This document shows positions 10,253 to 19,322 of a DNA stretch of 43,233 nt, piece after piece (position 1 is the stretch's first letter; every line of letters begins with the position of its first letter). The stretch spans positions 1 through 43,233 of the IMG/VR virus record IMGVR_UViG_3300027769_000048; one strand, 5' to 3'. The stretch is from a virus (lineage: Duplodnaviria; Caudoviricetes). The notes under the pieces were generated by a model. It saw nothing but the letters and a program-made list of their open reading frames with translations, did no database searches and was not told the DNA's origin. The translations under genes and the position numbers were made by a program.

Positions 10253-11385
10253 TGACTGTTGTTGTTCAGCAGCTGCGTACCACCAGCGCAACTGCTCTCC
10301 CCGCTTCACTTGAGCCCGGACAGATTGCACTGAATCTGGCCAACGGCTGGATCTTGATGGGTGATGGCTCCAACGGTGTCTCTGCCGCTGGTGCCCCACT
10401 GACTGCTGGTACTGCCACCGTCTTCGGCGTGGCTGGCGTGGTGGTTCCTGCCACCCCACCTGCTGGCAAGGGCTATGAGATCTATGAACTGAAGAACCCA
10501 CCGGCCTCGGTGCGGATCTTCTCTGGCACCGGTGCTGCACTTGATGCAGCCAACGGTGGTACGGGCACCATGACGGTGCGGACCACTGCCTACTTGGTGG
10601 CCAGCACCACGCCACCTGCCAATCAGATCAACTCTGCAGCTGACCTGCGCTCGGGTGACACCATCGTGGTCAGCGGTGGCACCGCTGGTTCCCCTGGTGG
10701 TTCCTATGTGTGGGATGGCTCCAGCTGGCTGCTGACTGGTGGTGCGCTGCCTGATGCAACCGCCCGCATTGGCACCGGCGCTTCCGGCACTGGTGGCACC
10801 AAGGGTGTTGTTTACCTGGCCCGCGACACTGATGTGCAGCCCACGGCCCAGGCAGGGGCCACCGCACCTGATGGTCTGGCGGTTGCCACTGCTGGCCAGG
10901 TGAAAGCCCTGGCTGAACTGGTGGCTGGTCTGGCTACGGGCTCCACCCTGCTGGGCACCTACGACGCTGGCGCTGCAGGTGGTGGCTCGATTGCCACCGT
11001 GACCACTGCTGCCTCTGGTGGTGGCCGCACTGGCTTTGCTGCTGCAGCCAAGATCGCTGCTGGCCGCGGCATGAAGGAGGGCGATTACCTCCTGGTGGTC
11101 AAGCCTGGCACCGTCACTGGTGAGACCCCAGCCACCTTGAACGTGGCGATGAACGCCAACGATCACGTCGTCTACGACGGTGCGACTTGGCACCTGGTGT
11201 TCTCTGGTGTGGTGGCAGCAACGGGCTTCTCCGTTCACTCCGCATCTGACGTGAGTGACACCACCGTGGCCAGCGTCACCTCTGCCAACCAGAAGGGTGT
11301 GCTGGTGCGGGATAACGCCATCACCGATGGCACAGCTGCTGCATACAAGCTCGTGAACACACTTGATCTGGGGACTTTCAGCTGA
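10252..11385 (+). CDS. Tail fibre protein
   Basis: 377 aa, Gly/Ala/Thr-rich. N-terminal QLR...LEPGQIALN module, YVWDGSSW/YDGATW repeats and C-terminal LDLGTF. Confidence 0.7.
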   Translation: MTVVVQQLRTTSATALPASLEPGQIALNLANGWILMGDGSNGVSAAGAPLTAGTATVFGVAGVVVPATPPAGKGYEIYELKNPPASVRIFSGTGAALDAANGGTGTMTVRTTAYLVASTTPPANQINSAADLRSGDTIVVSGGTAGSPGGSYVWDGSSWLLTGGALPDATARIGTGASGTGGTKGVVYLARDTDVQPTAQAGATAPDGLAVATAGQVKALAELVAGLATGSTLLGTYDAGAAGGGSIATVTTAASGGGRTGFAAAAKIAAGRGMKEGDYLLVVKPGTVTGETPATLNVAMNANDHVVYDGATWHLVFSGVVAATGFSVHSASDVSDTTVASVTSANQKGVLVRDNAITDGTAAAYKLVNTLDLGTFS

Positions 11386-13238
11386 TGTTGCAACTACTTC
11401 TTCGCCGTTGTGGAATCAAGGGCACCAAGCCCACGGTCTCTAAACCTGCTGCGGCGGGGGAGTTGGCCCAGGGGGAACTGTGGTTGAACAACAACCATGA
11501 AACCCCTGGGCTTTTTGCCAGAGCAGATGATGACTCACTGATTGAGTTCACGCCAGAGAAGCCGTTCCTGCAGGACGGCACTAACGCCAAGCCCAGGACA
11601 GTCCTCAGCAAGCTGAAGGATGCAGTCAGCGTTAAGGACTTTGGCGCCAAGGGCGATGGATCAGTGGATGACACCGCCGCTATCCAGGCAGCGATTGACG
11701 CCCACGATCATGTCGTCATTCCGCCTGGTCGCTACCGCTGCGATGGCGGCATTTTGATCAACAGCACCTACACCCACCGGAAGCTGGTGTCAATGAGCGC
11801 CGGCACCACGCTGGTACGGGTGGCGGCGTCTTCAACATCAACCGATCCAGTGGTTGAACTGCTTGGTCTTTATGGACACTTTGACGGGGGCTTTGGCGAG
11901 ATTCTGTCGGAGAACGATTCTCCTCGCGGTGTTGTTGCGTTGGGCCATCGAGATACCGGCACCCTTCAGACAGGCAATGGCCTGTGCTGGTCATTTGTGA
12001 ATTGCGATGTGCGCTGCAAGGCGTACACGACAGAGCCTATTGAGGCCGCCACTGTTGGCGTCTACATTCCCTCGGCGCAACCGACCAAGGGGACAAGTAG
12101 CGCCAACTACTTCGGCACGGTGTCAAATGTGCGGGTCTTCGATGCGTCAGTGGCGTACTGGCTGACTGACGTCAGCAATTCGCACACCTTTGTTAATTGC
12201 GCGATTGATCACTTCTGGCACTACGGCTGGAGATTGAACGGCGCCTACGCTAACTCAATCTATGGCGGCTTCATCAACGGCTGCAACAAGAATGGTGGCT
12301 ACGCGATCTACCTTGGCAATAAGCTGACTCCAGCGGCAGCTCATGCAGCCAATCACCAGTCAAGCAACAACAACATTTTTGGCGTTGCGATGGAGTTGTA
12401 TAGCACCGGGAACCACGGTGTCTACATTCCTGCTGGGGTTGCCGGCGCTGATAGTGCCCATAACTTTGTCCAGTTCAGCTGGAACAGCACCGGCACTCCG
12501 GTGGAAGACCTGACGGATAGCGCTCTCAACACAATCATTGATGGCGTGACTACTTTCAGGCTGGGCGAAAACCTGAAGATGCCGAATAGCACCATTACCG
12601 GCAAGCATCTTCTGCAAATTGGATCTGCGGCCAACTTGTCTGCCCATACCATTGCAAGAACATGCCCGCCTGGTGCGGCTGTGCTTGTCGTTGAGAACCT
12701 TGGCACGGCTGTTGGAGCCCCATCCGTTTTGGAGCTTCAGTGGAATCAGGCCGTTACTGGCTACAACGGTCCCATCATCAATGCGTATCACGTACCAACA
12801 GCCAAGAGCGTCTTCAGGGTTCTTGATGATGGCAACTGCCAGAACGTCAACAACGTTTATGGCGCCATTTCAGACCGAAAGTTGAAGAACCTGTTGGGCG
12901 CGGCCAGCAGTCAATGGGATGATGTGAAGTTTCTGGCTGATCACCTTCAGCGGTACACTCTTAAGTCGGACCCGCTCAATGTTCCCCAGATTGGCTGGGT
13001 TGCCCAAGAGATCGAAGGGCAGTGCCCAGGTTTGGTGTTTGACACTCCCGACATGAAGCGCACGGAAGGAGTAGACGCGGACGGGAATAAAACCGTTGCT
13101 AATGAGCCGACTGGCACTACGACCAAAGGGGTCCGCTATTCCGTCGCCATGCTCAAGGGCTTCAAGGCTTTGGGCGAGGCGATGGCGCGGATTGAGCAGC
13201 TGGAGCACCAGATCGCTGCCTTGTCTGTTGGCAAATAA
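11385..13238 (+). CDS. Tailspike: pectate-lyase-like beta-helix with C-terminal S74 intramolecular chaperone
   Basis: VSVKDFGAKGDGSVDDTAAIQAAID beta-helix start, and ISDRKLK...IGWVAQE...VRYS...coiled coil as the S74 autocleaving chaperone. Confidence 0.85.
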   Translation: MLQLLLRRCGIKGTKPTVSKPAAAGELAQGELWLNNNHETPGLFARADDDSLIEFTPEKPFLQDGTNAKPRTVLSKLKDAVSVKDFGAKGDGSVDDTAAIQAAIDAHDHVVIPPGRYRCDGGILINSTYTHRKLVSMSAGTTLVRVAASSTSTDPVVELLGLYGHFDGGFGEILSENDSPRGVVALGHRDTGTLQTGNGLCWSFVNCDVRCKAYTTEPIEAATVGVYIPSAQPTKGTSSANYFGTVSNVRVFDASVAYWLTDVSNSHTFVNCAIDHFWHYGWRLNGAYANSIYGGFINGCNKNGGYAIYLGNKLTPAAAHAANHQSSNNNIFGVAMELYSTGNHGVYIPAGVAGADSAHNFVQFSWNSTGTPVEDLTDSALNTIIDGVTTFRLGENLKMPNSTITGKHLLQIGSAANLSAHTIARTCPPGAAVLVVENLGTAVGAPSVLELQWNQAVTGYNGPIINAYHVPTAKSVFRVLDDGNCQNVNNVYGAISDRKLKNLLGAASSQWDDVKFLADHLQRYTLKSDPLNVPQIGWVAQEIEGQCPGLVFDTPDMKRTEGVDADGNKTVANEPTGTTTKGVRYSVAMLKGFKALGEAMARIEQLEHQIAALSVGK

Positions 13239-13265
13239 CACTCCACATCACCACCCACCTGAGCC

Positions 13266-16211
13266 ATGTCCTTCCCCTTTCCCAAGAACCCGACTGATGG
13301 ACAGGTGGTGTCAGCCACTGCTCCTGATGGGTCGATCCTGACGGCCACCTACAAGGCGGTCAAGAATGAATGGGAGCTGACCCGTACTCCAGCTCCTGGC
13401 AGTGCGATCAGCAGCGGTGCCCCACCGTCTCCAGTGGTGGTGACAGCCACGGCTGATGGACAGGTCATTACCTGGGACCAGGTGGCTGGCAGGTGGGTGG
13501 CGAAGGCACCGTCTGCTGCGACCAGTGGCACCACCAAGAGCTTCGTCAAAGGAACGCAGGCTGCCCCTGATCAAGCCAATGGTGTTGGTCCTGCTCAGCT
13601 GCGGCCTGGAGACATCCAGTTCACCGCTGAGAATCTGCACCACGAGATTAAGTTCTGGAATGGTGCGAACTGGCTTGAGAGCCTGAGCGAGGACACGATC
13701 AAGCAGTGGATCAGCGCTGGCTCCCTGTTCCGTGGTGTGGTGAAGGAGTCCACGCTGGCTGCCTTGCCTGCTGTGGCATTGGCCAACAGGGGCTTCTACT
13801 ACAGCTGGACTGGGGCGCCGGGTCATGTGGTCACAGCAGCTGACCCAGGCATTGGCACCGACCTGGCTGGGGAAGTGCTGCAGGTGGGTGACTGGATTCA
13901 ATCAGATGGAACCAAATGGGTGCATGTCCCTGGTGACCTGCTGAGCAAGCAACGCTGGGATTCTCTGGGCAGCTTCACCTCATGGTCTGACACCAGCTGG
14001 GAGAAGGGGTCAGTCGTCAGCTACCAGAAGGCGTTCTTCCGTGCCAATGCGCTGATCTCTCCCGGTGACCTGCCTCCTGGTGACCCTGGCTCCAAGTGGA
14101 CAGACATCACTCCACTGCCTCACATGAAGCTGGAGGAGCTGGAGGACTGCCACAACCTGGCAGCCGCCAATGACAGGGAAGTTCCTGCCTGGGATGCAGT
14201 CAACAACGAATGGGTGCCCACGCAGCTAGCCCTGAATGATCTGAGTGATGTAAATGCTAACGTCCTCAATCCCACTGATGGTGCTGTCCTCCAATGGGAT
14301 GACATGACCCAGCAATGGGACGCTGCCACCACCTTGGCCCTACGCCTTGAAGACCTTGGAGACACTGGTCAACTTGGTGGAGCCACTGCAGGTCAAGTCC
14401 CGTCCTGGGACGCAGCAGCCAGTGAGTGGAAGCCTCTATCCGTTATCAACCCTATCCCCTACTTCACTGGTAAGTATGGGCCTGGAACTCTCAGTGGAGG
14501 CACGACCTGGGTCCAGTGGCCCAACGCCAAAGAGGGGGACATTTGGGTCAATAAGAACACCACTCCTCCTCACTTTGAGGTGTATGAGAACGGTGCTTGG
14601 AAGGTCTGGAACTTTGCTACTGAAACCAGAGCCCTTGGACTGCTTGGCGACCTTGCCAACGTGGACCTTGGCAGCAAGGCACCGGGCAATGGTGATGCCC
14701 TGATTTGGAACGTCAAAAAAGAGCAGTGGGTTTCTGGTAACACCCCTGCTCACATTGCTCAGTACACGGCAAGCAGTGTCTACAGTGATGGAACAACCGT
14801 CTACTACAAAGGCGGTATCTTCAAAGCCACTAGAGCCATTGCGGCTAACGAGTCTCCCGAGTTCCTGACTGGAGACGTGTTCCTGTTCTATCGGGCACAA
14901 GCCGATGGATCTGGTGACTTCGGTGGACCCTTCCGGGTATTCCGCGTTGAGAAGGTTGCAGATGCCACTCTGCCTCCTGCCTTCACTCCTTCTTCCAACG
15001 GCAGGACCAACTGTGTCTGCTACAAGGATGATCGGAATTGGAGCGTGTGGGAATGGGTGATGGTGGATTTTGTCAACCTCACCTATGGTTGGGTGCGTAA
15101 AGATGGTGCTTATTCCAAGCGGACCTTATGGCGTAGTCACTTCCTCCCAACTAAAAACAAGGGCACCTTTGTTCTTTGGGTTGTAGATGACGCCAAGGGG
15201 ACAACGGTTCCAAAGGCTAGAGAGTATCCGTGGGAGATGCTTCCCATTCGTGGGGATCTAGCCGCTCTACATGACTGTCATGTTGACGACCCCCATGATG
15301 GTGATGCCCTTGTCTTTAACGGCACAACCAACCTGTGGGAAGCTGTTCCGTCTTCAGCGTCTGCTTTATCTGAATGGTCTGGCACTAAGTCGTACAAGTC
15401 TGGCGCAACGGTTCTACGTAACAACAACCTCTGGTTCGCCACGGCTGATGTGGCTCCTGGCATAGAGCCTGGCACTCTGATCAACCCGACCAGTATTGCC
15501 AAGGGTACGCAAAGGAGCTTTGCCACGTTTGGTCCAGTTGTGCCTGGCAGTACCCACCTGGAAACATTTGACGGCACCATCCCTGGTGCATGGAATGTTG
15601 GTGACTACTACGCTTGGTCTTGTGGAGCCCCAATCCCTTACACAGTCCCAGCTGGTCCTTTTGCTGGCACCGTAATAAACAGTGCTACTGGCTTCCTTGT
15701 GGTTGTCGACAAGGATGGCACCAACGGTTGGCTGGGAACCCTTGGCTGGGAGCTGCTTCAGGTTCCGACTATTCCCGCAACAATTGCTGCCAGCGTCGCC
15801 AACCCTTGGAGAAAGGAGCTTATTGACTCCTACAGCAAGGCCGATGTTGACAACAAGGTGAACGCACTAGCTGGTGGCATGAGCCACGGTGGAGCTGTTG
15901 TTGACTTCCTGGCTGCACCACCCGCTTCCCCGGTTGCAGGGGAGGCATACATCGTGTCTCCCAATGCAACGGGTGCATGGGCTGGCAAGGACAATCAGAT
16001 CGCTCAGTGGCTAAGCGGTGCCTGGGTATTCACCCAACCATCTGCTGATGACACTCACCTGGTCGAGAAGCTGTCTCAGATGTGGCACTACAACGGAACC
16101 ATCTGGGTGAAGGTTGCTGACCTGAGCCTGAAGATGGTTGCCTTGACGCAGGCTGCTTATGACGCAATAGCTACGAAGGATCCCTTGACCCTTTACATCA
16201 TCTCAGCATGA
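13266..16211 (+). CDS. Modular tail fibre (LxDLxDV repeats, three CBM5/12-like repeats, DUF2793-like domain)
   Basis: Starts FPKNPTDGQ. Repeated L.DL.DV...DG..L.WD...W units and three W/Y...Y..G..V.Y....F.A modules. PPASP..GEAYIV...ATGAWAGKDNQIA is DUF2793-like, and the protein ends LTQAAYDAI..KDP.TLYII. Confidence 0.8.
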   Translation: MSFPFPKNPTDGQVVSATAPDGSILTATYKAVKNEWELTRTPAPGSAISSGAPPSPVVVTATADGQVITWDQVAGRWVAKAPSAATSGTTKSFVKGTQAAPDQANGVGPAQLRPGDIQFTAENLHHEIKFWNGANWLESLSEDTIKQWISAGSLFRGVVKESTLAALPAVALANRGFYYSWTGAPGHVVTAADPGIGTDLAGEVLQVGDWIQSDGTKWVHVPGDLLSKQRWDSLGSFTSWSDTSWEKGSVVSYQKAFFRANALISPGDLPPGDPGSKWTDITPLPHMKLEELEDCHNLAAANDREVPAWDAVNNEWVPTQLALNDLSDVNANVLNPTDGAVLQWDDMTQQWDAATTLALRLEDLGDTGQLGGATAGQVPSWDAAASEWKPLSVINPIPYFTGKYGPGTLSGGTTWVQWPNAKEGDIWVNKNTTPPHFEVYENGAWKVWNFATETRALGLLGDLANVDLGSKAPGNGDALIWNVKKEQWVSGNTPAHIAQYTASSVYSDGTTVYYKGGIFKATRAIAANESPEFLTGDVFLFYRAQADGSGDFGGPFRVFRVEKVADATLPPAFTPSSNGRTNCVCYKDDRNWSVWEWVMVDFVNLTYGWVRKDGAYSKRTLWRSHFLPTKNKGTFVLWVVDDAKGTTVPKAREYPWEMLPIRGDLAALHDCHVDDPHDGDALVFNGTTNLWEAVPSSASALSEWSGTKSYKSGATVLRNNNLWFATADVAPGIEPGTLINPTSIAKGTQRSFATFGPVVPGSTHLETFDGTIPGAWNVGDYYAWSCGAPIPYTVPAGPFAGTVINSATGFLVVVDKDGTNGWLGTLGWELLQVPTIPATIAASVANPWRKELIDSYSKADVDNKVNALAGGMSHGGAVVDFLAAPPASPVAGEAYIVSPNATGAWAGKDNQIAQWLSGAWVFTQPSADDTHLVEKLSQMWHYNGTIWVKVADLSLKMVALTQAAYDAIATKDPLTLYIISA

Positions 16212-16720
16212 GCACCTTCAACTTCGCCACAGCTACTGCTGTGAAATACGGAACTACTGTTCCTAAGAAGATAATGGTGGGTGCTACCCAGGTGTGGCCT
16301 AAGGCTTCTGTTGGTTACACAACTCAGTGGGTTACACCACCTGCTAATTGGAACGGGCGTGACCGATGCAAGTTTACGAATGACACAATGTGGGATGGAA
16401 CTCCATTCCCAAGCACGATGCCCCTGCAGACTATTCAGTTGAAAGTGTCTGATAGGTATGGTCTCCCCGCTGTTAATGGCGGGGGTATTGACAACCTAAA
16501 CCAACAGTCTGAGTTCCTCTGCCTTGCTGAGGATGGAGTCACTGTGTATGGCACAAGCAGTGGTGCAGCCGCTGCTAACTACAACGCTTATCAAACCAGA
16601 TACGGCGGCACAGTGCAACTGCCCACGGCAACAAAACCTGGGGATGTGCTGTATTGGATTATCGGTATGGACCCAGCCTACTGGACTACTTCTGTCCTGA
16701 AGATCGAGATCATTGCATGA
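16208..16720 (+). CDS. Putative tail-tip/receptor-binding protein
   Basis: ATGA overlap with the fibre gene. The N-terminal VKYG...KKIMVGATQVW motif is typical of small proteins following fibres that end YDA..KD..TLY. Confidence 0.55.
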   Translation: MSTFNFATATAVKYGTTVPKKIMVGATQVWPKASVGYTTQWVTPPANWNGRDRCKFTNDTMWDGTPFPSTMPLQTIQLKVSDRYGLPAVNGGGIDNLNQQSEFLCLAEDGVTVYGTSSGAAAANYNAYQTRYGGTVQLPTATKPGDVLYWIIGMDPAYWTTSVLKIEIIA

Positions 16721-16844
16721 AACACGCCATCCCATCAGCGGTGGTGACATCGAGACAGCACCTGTTCACTATGGACTCAATACTTTCATAAAAATAAATT
16801 AGTAGGTCTTAGTGCTATGTTTAGAGCAGTCACAAGCACCATTC

Positions 16845-17402
16845 ATGCACGAGACCTGGAAGCCAGTCCCCGGCTACGAGGGGCTGTACGAGGTCAGCGA
16901 CATGGGGCGGGTCAAATCACTGGGCCGTCCCTACAAGATGCGGAACTCCCGCCAGCCGGAGGTGGTCATGGACTGTAAAAAGCCAGAGCGGATCCTGAAG
17001 ACCACCAAGCCGAAGTATCCGCAGGTCGCCTTGTATGCAACAGACGGGACCAAGACCCAGCCACTGGTTCATCACCTGGTGCTGCGGGCTTTCGTTGGTG
17101 AAGCTCCTGCTGGCATGGAGGGAAACCACAAGAACGGCGACTCAGCCGATAACAGGCTGGAAAACCTGGAATGGGTAACTCACCAAGAGAACATCGTTCA
17201 TTCCAGGCATACCCTTGACAAGTGTGTACGAGAAAAGAACGGCAACGCCAAGCTCACCGAGCAACAGGTGATCCAGCTGCGGCAGGCCAGGGTCAGCGGT
17301 CAGTCTGTCTCTGCGCTGGCCCGTGAGTTTGGGGTGAGCGTCACTGCTGCCTGCAATGCGGCTACCGGCAGAACCTGGAAGACGCTGGAGATGGCTGCCT
17401 AA
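16845..17402 (+). CDS. NUMOD4-HNH homing endonuclease
   Basis: ETWKPVPGYEGLYEVSDMGRVKS (NUMOD4), VHHLVLRAF...NHKNGDSADNRLENLEWVTHQEN (HNH) and a C-terminal AKLTEQQV HTH. Likely start is the ATG at 16845. Confidence 0.9.
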   Translation: MHETWKPVPGYEGLYEVSDMGRVKSLGRPYKMRNSRQPEVVMDCKKPERILKTTKPKYPQVALYATDGTKTQPLVHHLVLRAFVGEAPAGMEGNHKNGDSADNRLENLEWVTHQENIVHSRHTLDKCVREKNGNAKLTEQQVIQLRQARVSGQSVSALAREFGVSVTAACNAATGRTWKTLEMAA

Positions 17403-17647
17403 TGCAACCCTGGCTACGCAACTCAATCATTGCTGTCGTAGCCAGTATCTGCTTCCTGTCGATTGGTTGGTGGGGTGCTTGCACTTTCTACATCGGACCA
17501 CAGCTATTCCAGGCAGCGATGGCAGGCAGGCTGAAGGATGGCGAACCCACCGTCTGTCAGGACGTGGACAGCAGGGCCGTTCAAACATTGACAGCATTGC
17601 TGGCCACTCTCATCGGCCTGGGCAGCACACCGAACAATCAACCCTGA
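17402..17647 (+). CDS. Small two-TM membrane protein, holin candidate
   Basis: 81 aa with two hydrophobic segments, at the end of the late operon. Confidence 0.5.
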   Translation: MQPWLRNSIIAVVASICFLSIGWWGACTFYIGPQLFQAAMAGRLKDGEPTVCQDVDSRAVQTLTALLATLIGLGSTPNNQP

Positions 17648-17865
17648 GGTTTCGCTGCATCCTTCTCCTGCAGATCAGCCAGCCATTCATCGAGCCTCTC
17701 CCGCATGGGCAGACCCTTGCTGATCTTGAGGAACCGCCGCAGCTCGGCCACGTCCCTAATAAACACGCTGGCACCGCTGGAGTAGGCCACGTATGCCCTG
17801 CCGTTGTGATCGCGGTAGGTCTCGATGGTGGTGTGCTGGGAGAGGGTGAGCTTGTCGTATTTCAT
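17638..17865 (-). CDS. Hypothetical protein
   Basis: Starts MKYDKLTL at 17865, with ATGA overlap to the upstream gene. Confidence 0.6.
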   Translation of the reverse strand: MKYDKLTLSQHTTIETYRDHNGRAYVAYSSGASVFIRDVAELRRFLKISKGLPMRERLDEWLADLQEKDAAKPQG

Positions 17866-18110
17866 TCGCCCCCCAGCTCGGCGGCGATGGCGAGGAGCTT
17901 CTTGCGGCAAGCCTGGCGGGCATCGCGCTCCCACATCCAACGCTGATCACCCCCATAGAGCGGCTCTTCCGGCACCACCTGATCAGCAGCAGCGCGGAGG
18001 GCGGCGGCAGCAATCCAGCGTGACTCATTTAGGCAGTCATCTGGACCGTAGGAGCTGCGACCGTTGGCGGCATCCAGCACCGCCTGCGCGGCAGGGGAGA
18101 GGTTGGTCAT
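17862..18110 (-). CDS. Hypothetical protein (LSP.AQAV...ALRA.ADQVVP...LLAIAAEL family), paralog 1
   Basis: 82 aa, translationally coupled to its neighbours and paralogous to 18315-18566. Confidence 0.75.
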   Translation of the reverse strand: MTNLSPAAQAVLDAANGRSSYGPDDCLNESRWIAAAALRAAADQVVPEEPLYGGDQRWMWERDARQACRKKLLAIAAELGGE

Positions 18111-18322
18111 TGGTCCAGCTCCTTGATAAGTTTCTTCAGGGCCTTGAACTCACCCCACGAAAACCTGATGGTCTGTTCAGCATGGCTGCTCAGGTGAGCA
18201 TCGAAGCCTTCACCGTTGTGCCATAACGACACTTCGATGAAGTCATCAGGCTTGGCAAGATGATCGAACTTGCTCAGCGGCGCAAAGGCAGCGTCAAGCT
18301 TGTAGAGGGTGATCTCAGTCAT
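18107..18322 (-). CDS. Hypothetical protein
   Basis: Starts MTEITLYKL at 18322 after a GGAGG RBS, coupled to neighbours. Confidence 0.65.
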   Translation of the reverse strand: MTEITLYKLDAAFAPLSKFDHLAKPDDFIEVSLWHNGEGFDAHLSSHAEQTIRFSWGEFKALKKLIKELDQ

Positions 18323-18566
18323 TGCCACCCTCCAGCTCGGCGGCGATGGCGAGGAGTTGGCGACGAATGTCGCCATGGACGGTGGCGGTCCATGCTTCCT
18401 CATAAGTGCGACCACCTTCAACGATCATCGGAGGCACCGGCACTACCTGATCAGCAACAGCTCGCAGGGCTGCGACTAGGCCACTGCGCTCGTAGTAGTA
18501 GGGGTTGTCAGCTTCTTTGCAGTAGGCGTCATACACCGCCTGCGCTTGTGGTGATAGTTCAATCAT
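18315..18566 (-). CDS. Hypothetical protein, paralog 2
   Basis: Starts MIELSPQAQAV at 18566 and shares motifs with 17862-18110. Confidence 0.75.
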   Translation of the reverse strand: MIELSPQAQAVYDAYCKEADNPYYYERSGLVAALRAVADQVVPVPPMIVEGGRTYEEAWTATVHGDIRRQLLAIAAELEGGND

Positions 18567-19273
18567 TGCTCCACCCACAGGCAATAGCCATCACCACCAG
18601 CGACCTCCCACCTGGGCAGCCAGTTCTTCCAGCTGTAGTGGACGTGATCACCACCGCTGCCCTGCTGGGCCCAGGTGCCGTTGACCACGTTGAGTTCACC
18701 GTAAGGATCCAGGGCGATCACACCGGTGTCGTCGTGGCCCACGATCAGCATCCAGTGGCCACCACCTGAGGGGCTGCTGGCTTGGCCGTGGTGGAGGATC
18801 CCAGTGCCAACGGGGATGCCACGGTCCAGCAGCTCGATCAGCTCAGCCTTGGTGCCATTGGTGGCGTAGGTGGCCTTCAGACCCAGCTCATGCAGTGCTG
18901 CGATCTGCGCTGCGGCCACCGTGCTGTCGCCGTGCTTCTGGCGAATGTGGTTGTACTGGTTCTCGCCAGTCACCTTGCCCTTCCAGGCGGCGATCATGGC
19001 GCAGGTAGCTGAGAAGCAGTCACGCCAGCCCTGGCCATCGTCCATCTGCAGCTGGTTGAAGTACGGCACAGCGATGGTCGTCTGCTGAGGCCGCGGCTGC
19101 TCCTTATGGAAGTTGGCCAACCAGCTGGCGGATTCGGTGAGCAGTCCAGGGTCTGCCTGGCAGATGGCCTGGCGTAGCTCCTCGATGCCAGCGAGCTGTT
19201 GGGGTTCACCCTTGAAGGCAGCGAACACCTGCTGCCAGCGTTCGGGCGTGAACTGGAGGTCGTTGATGGTCAT
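18563..19273 (-). CDS. C39-like cysteine peptidase, endolysin candidate
   Basis: VPYFNQ...DCFSATCAM (catalytic Cys)...GHWMLIVG (His)...ALDPYG (Asp), a papain-like C39 triad. Confidence 0.8.
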   Translation of the reverse strand: MTINDLQFTPERWQQVFAAFKGEPQQLAGIEELRQAICQADPGLLTESASWLANFHKEQPRPQQTTIAVPYFNQLQMDDGQGWRDCFSATCAMIAAWKGKVTGENQYNHIRQKHGDSTVAAAQIAALHELGLKATYATNGTKAELIELLDRGIPVGTGILHHGQASSPSGGGHWMLIVGHDDTGVIALDPYGELNVVNGTWAQQGSGGDHVHYSWKNWLPRWEVAGGDGYCLWVEQ

Positions 19274-19322
19274 GCGGGGTCAGTGGTGTCGGGCTGATGT
19301 TTGCAGTAGTGCAAGGCAAGTG

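Noticed and set aside
13266-16720. Diversity-generating retroelement or invertible tail cassette
   Set aside because: No reverse transcriptase or invertase, and I saw no template/variable repeat pair. The repeats are degenerate protein-level modules.
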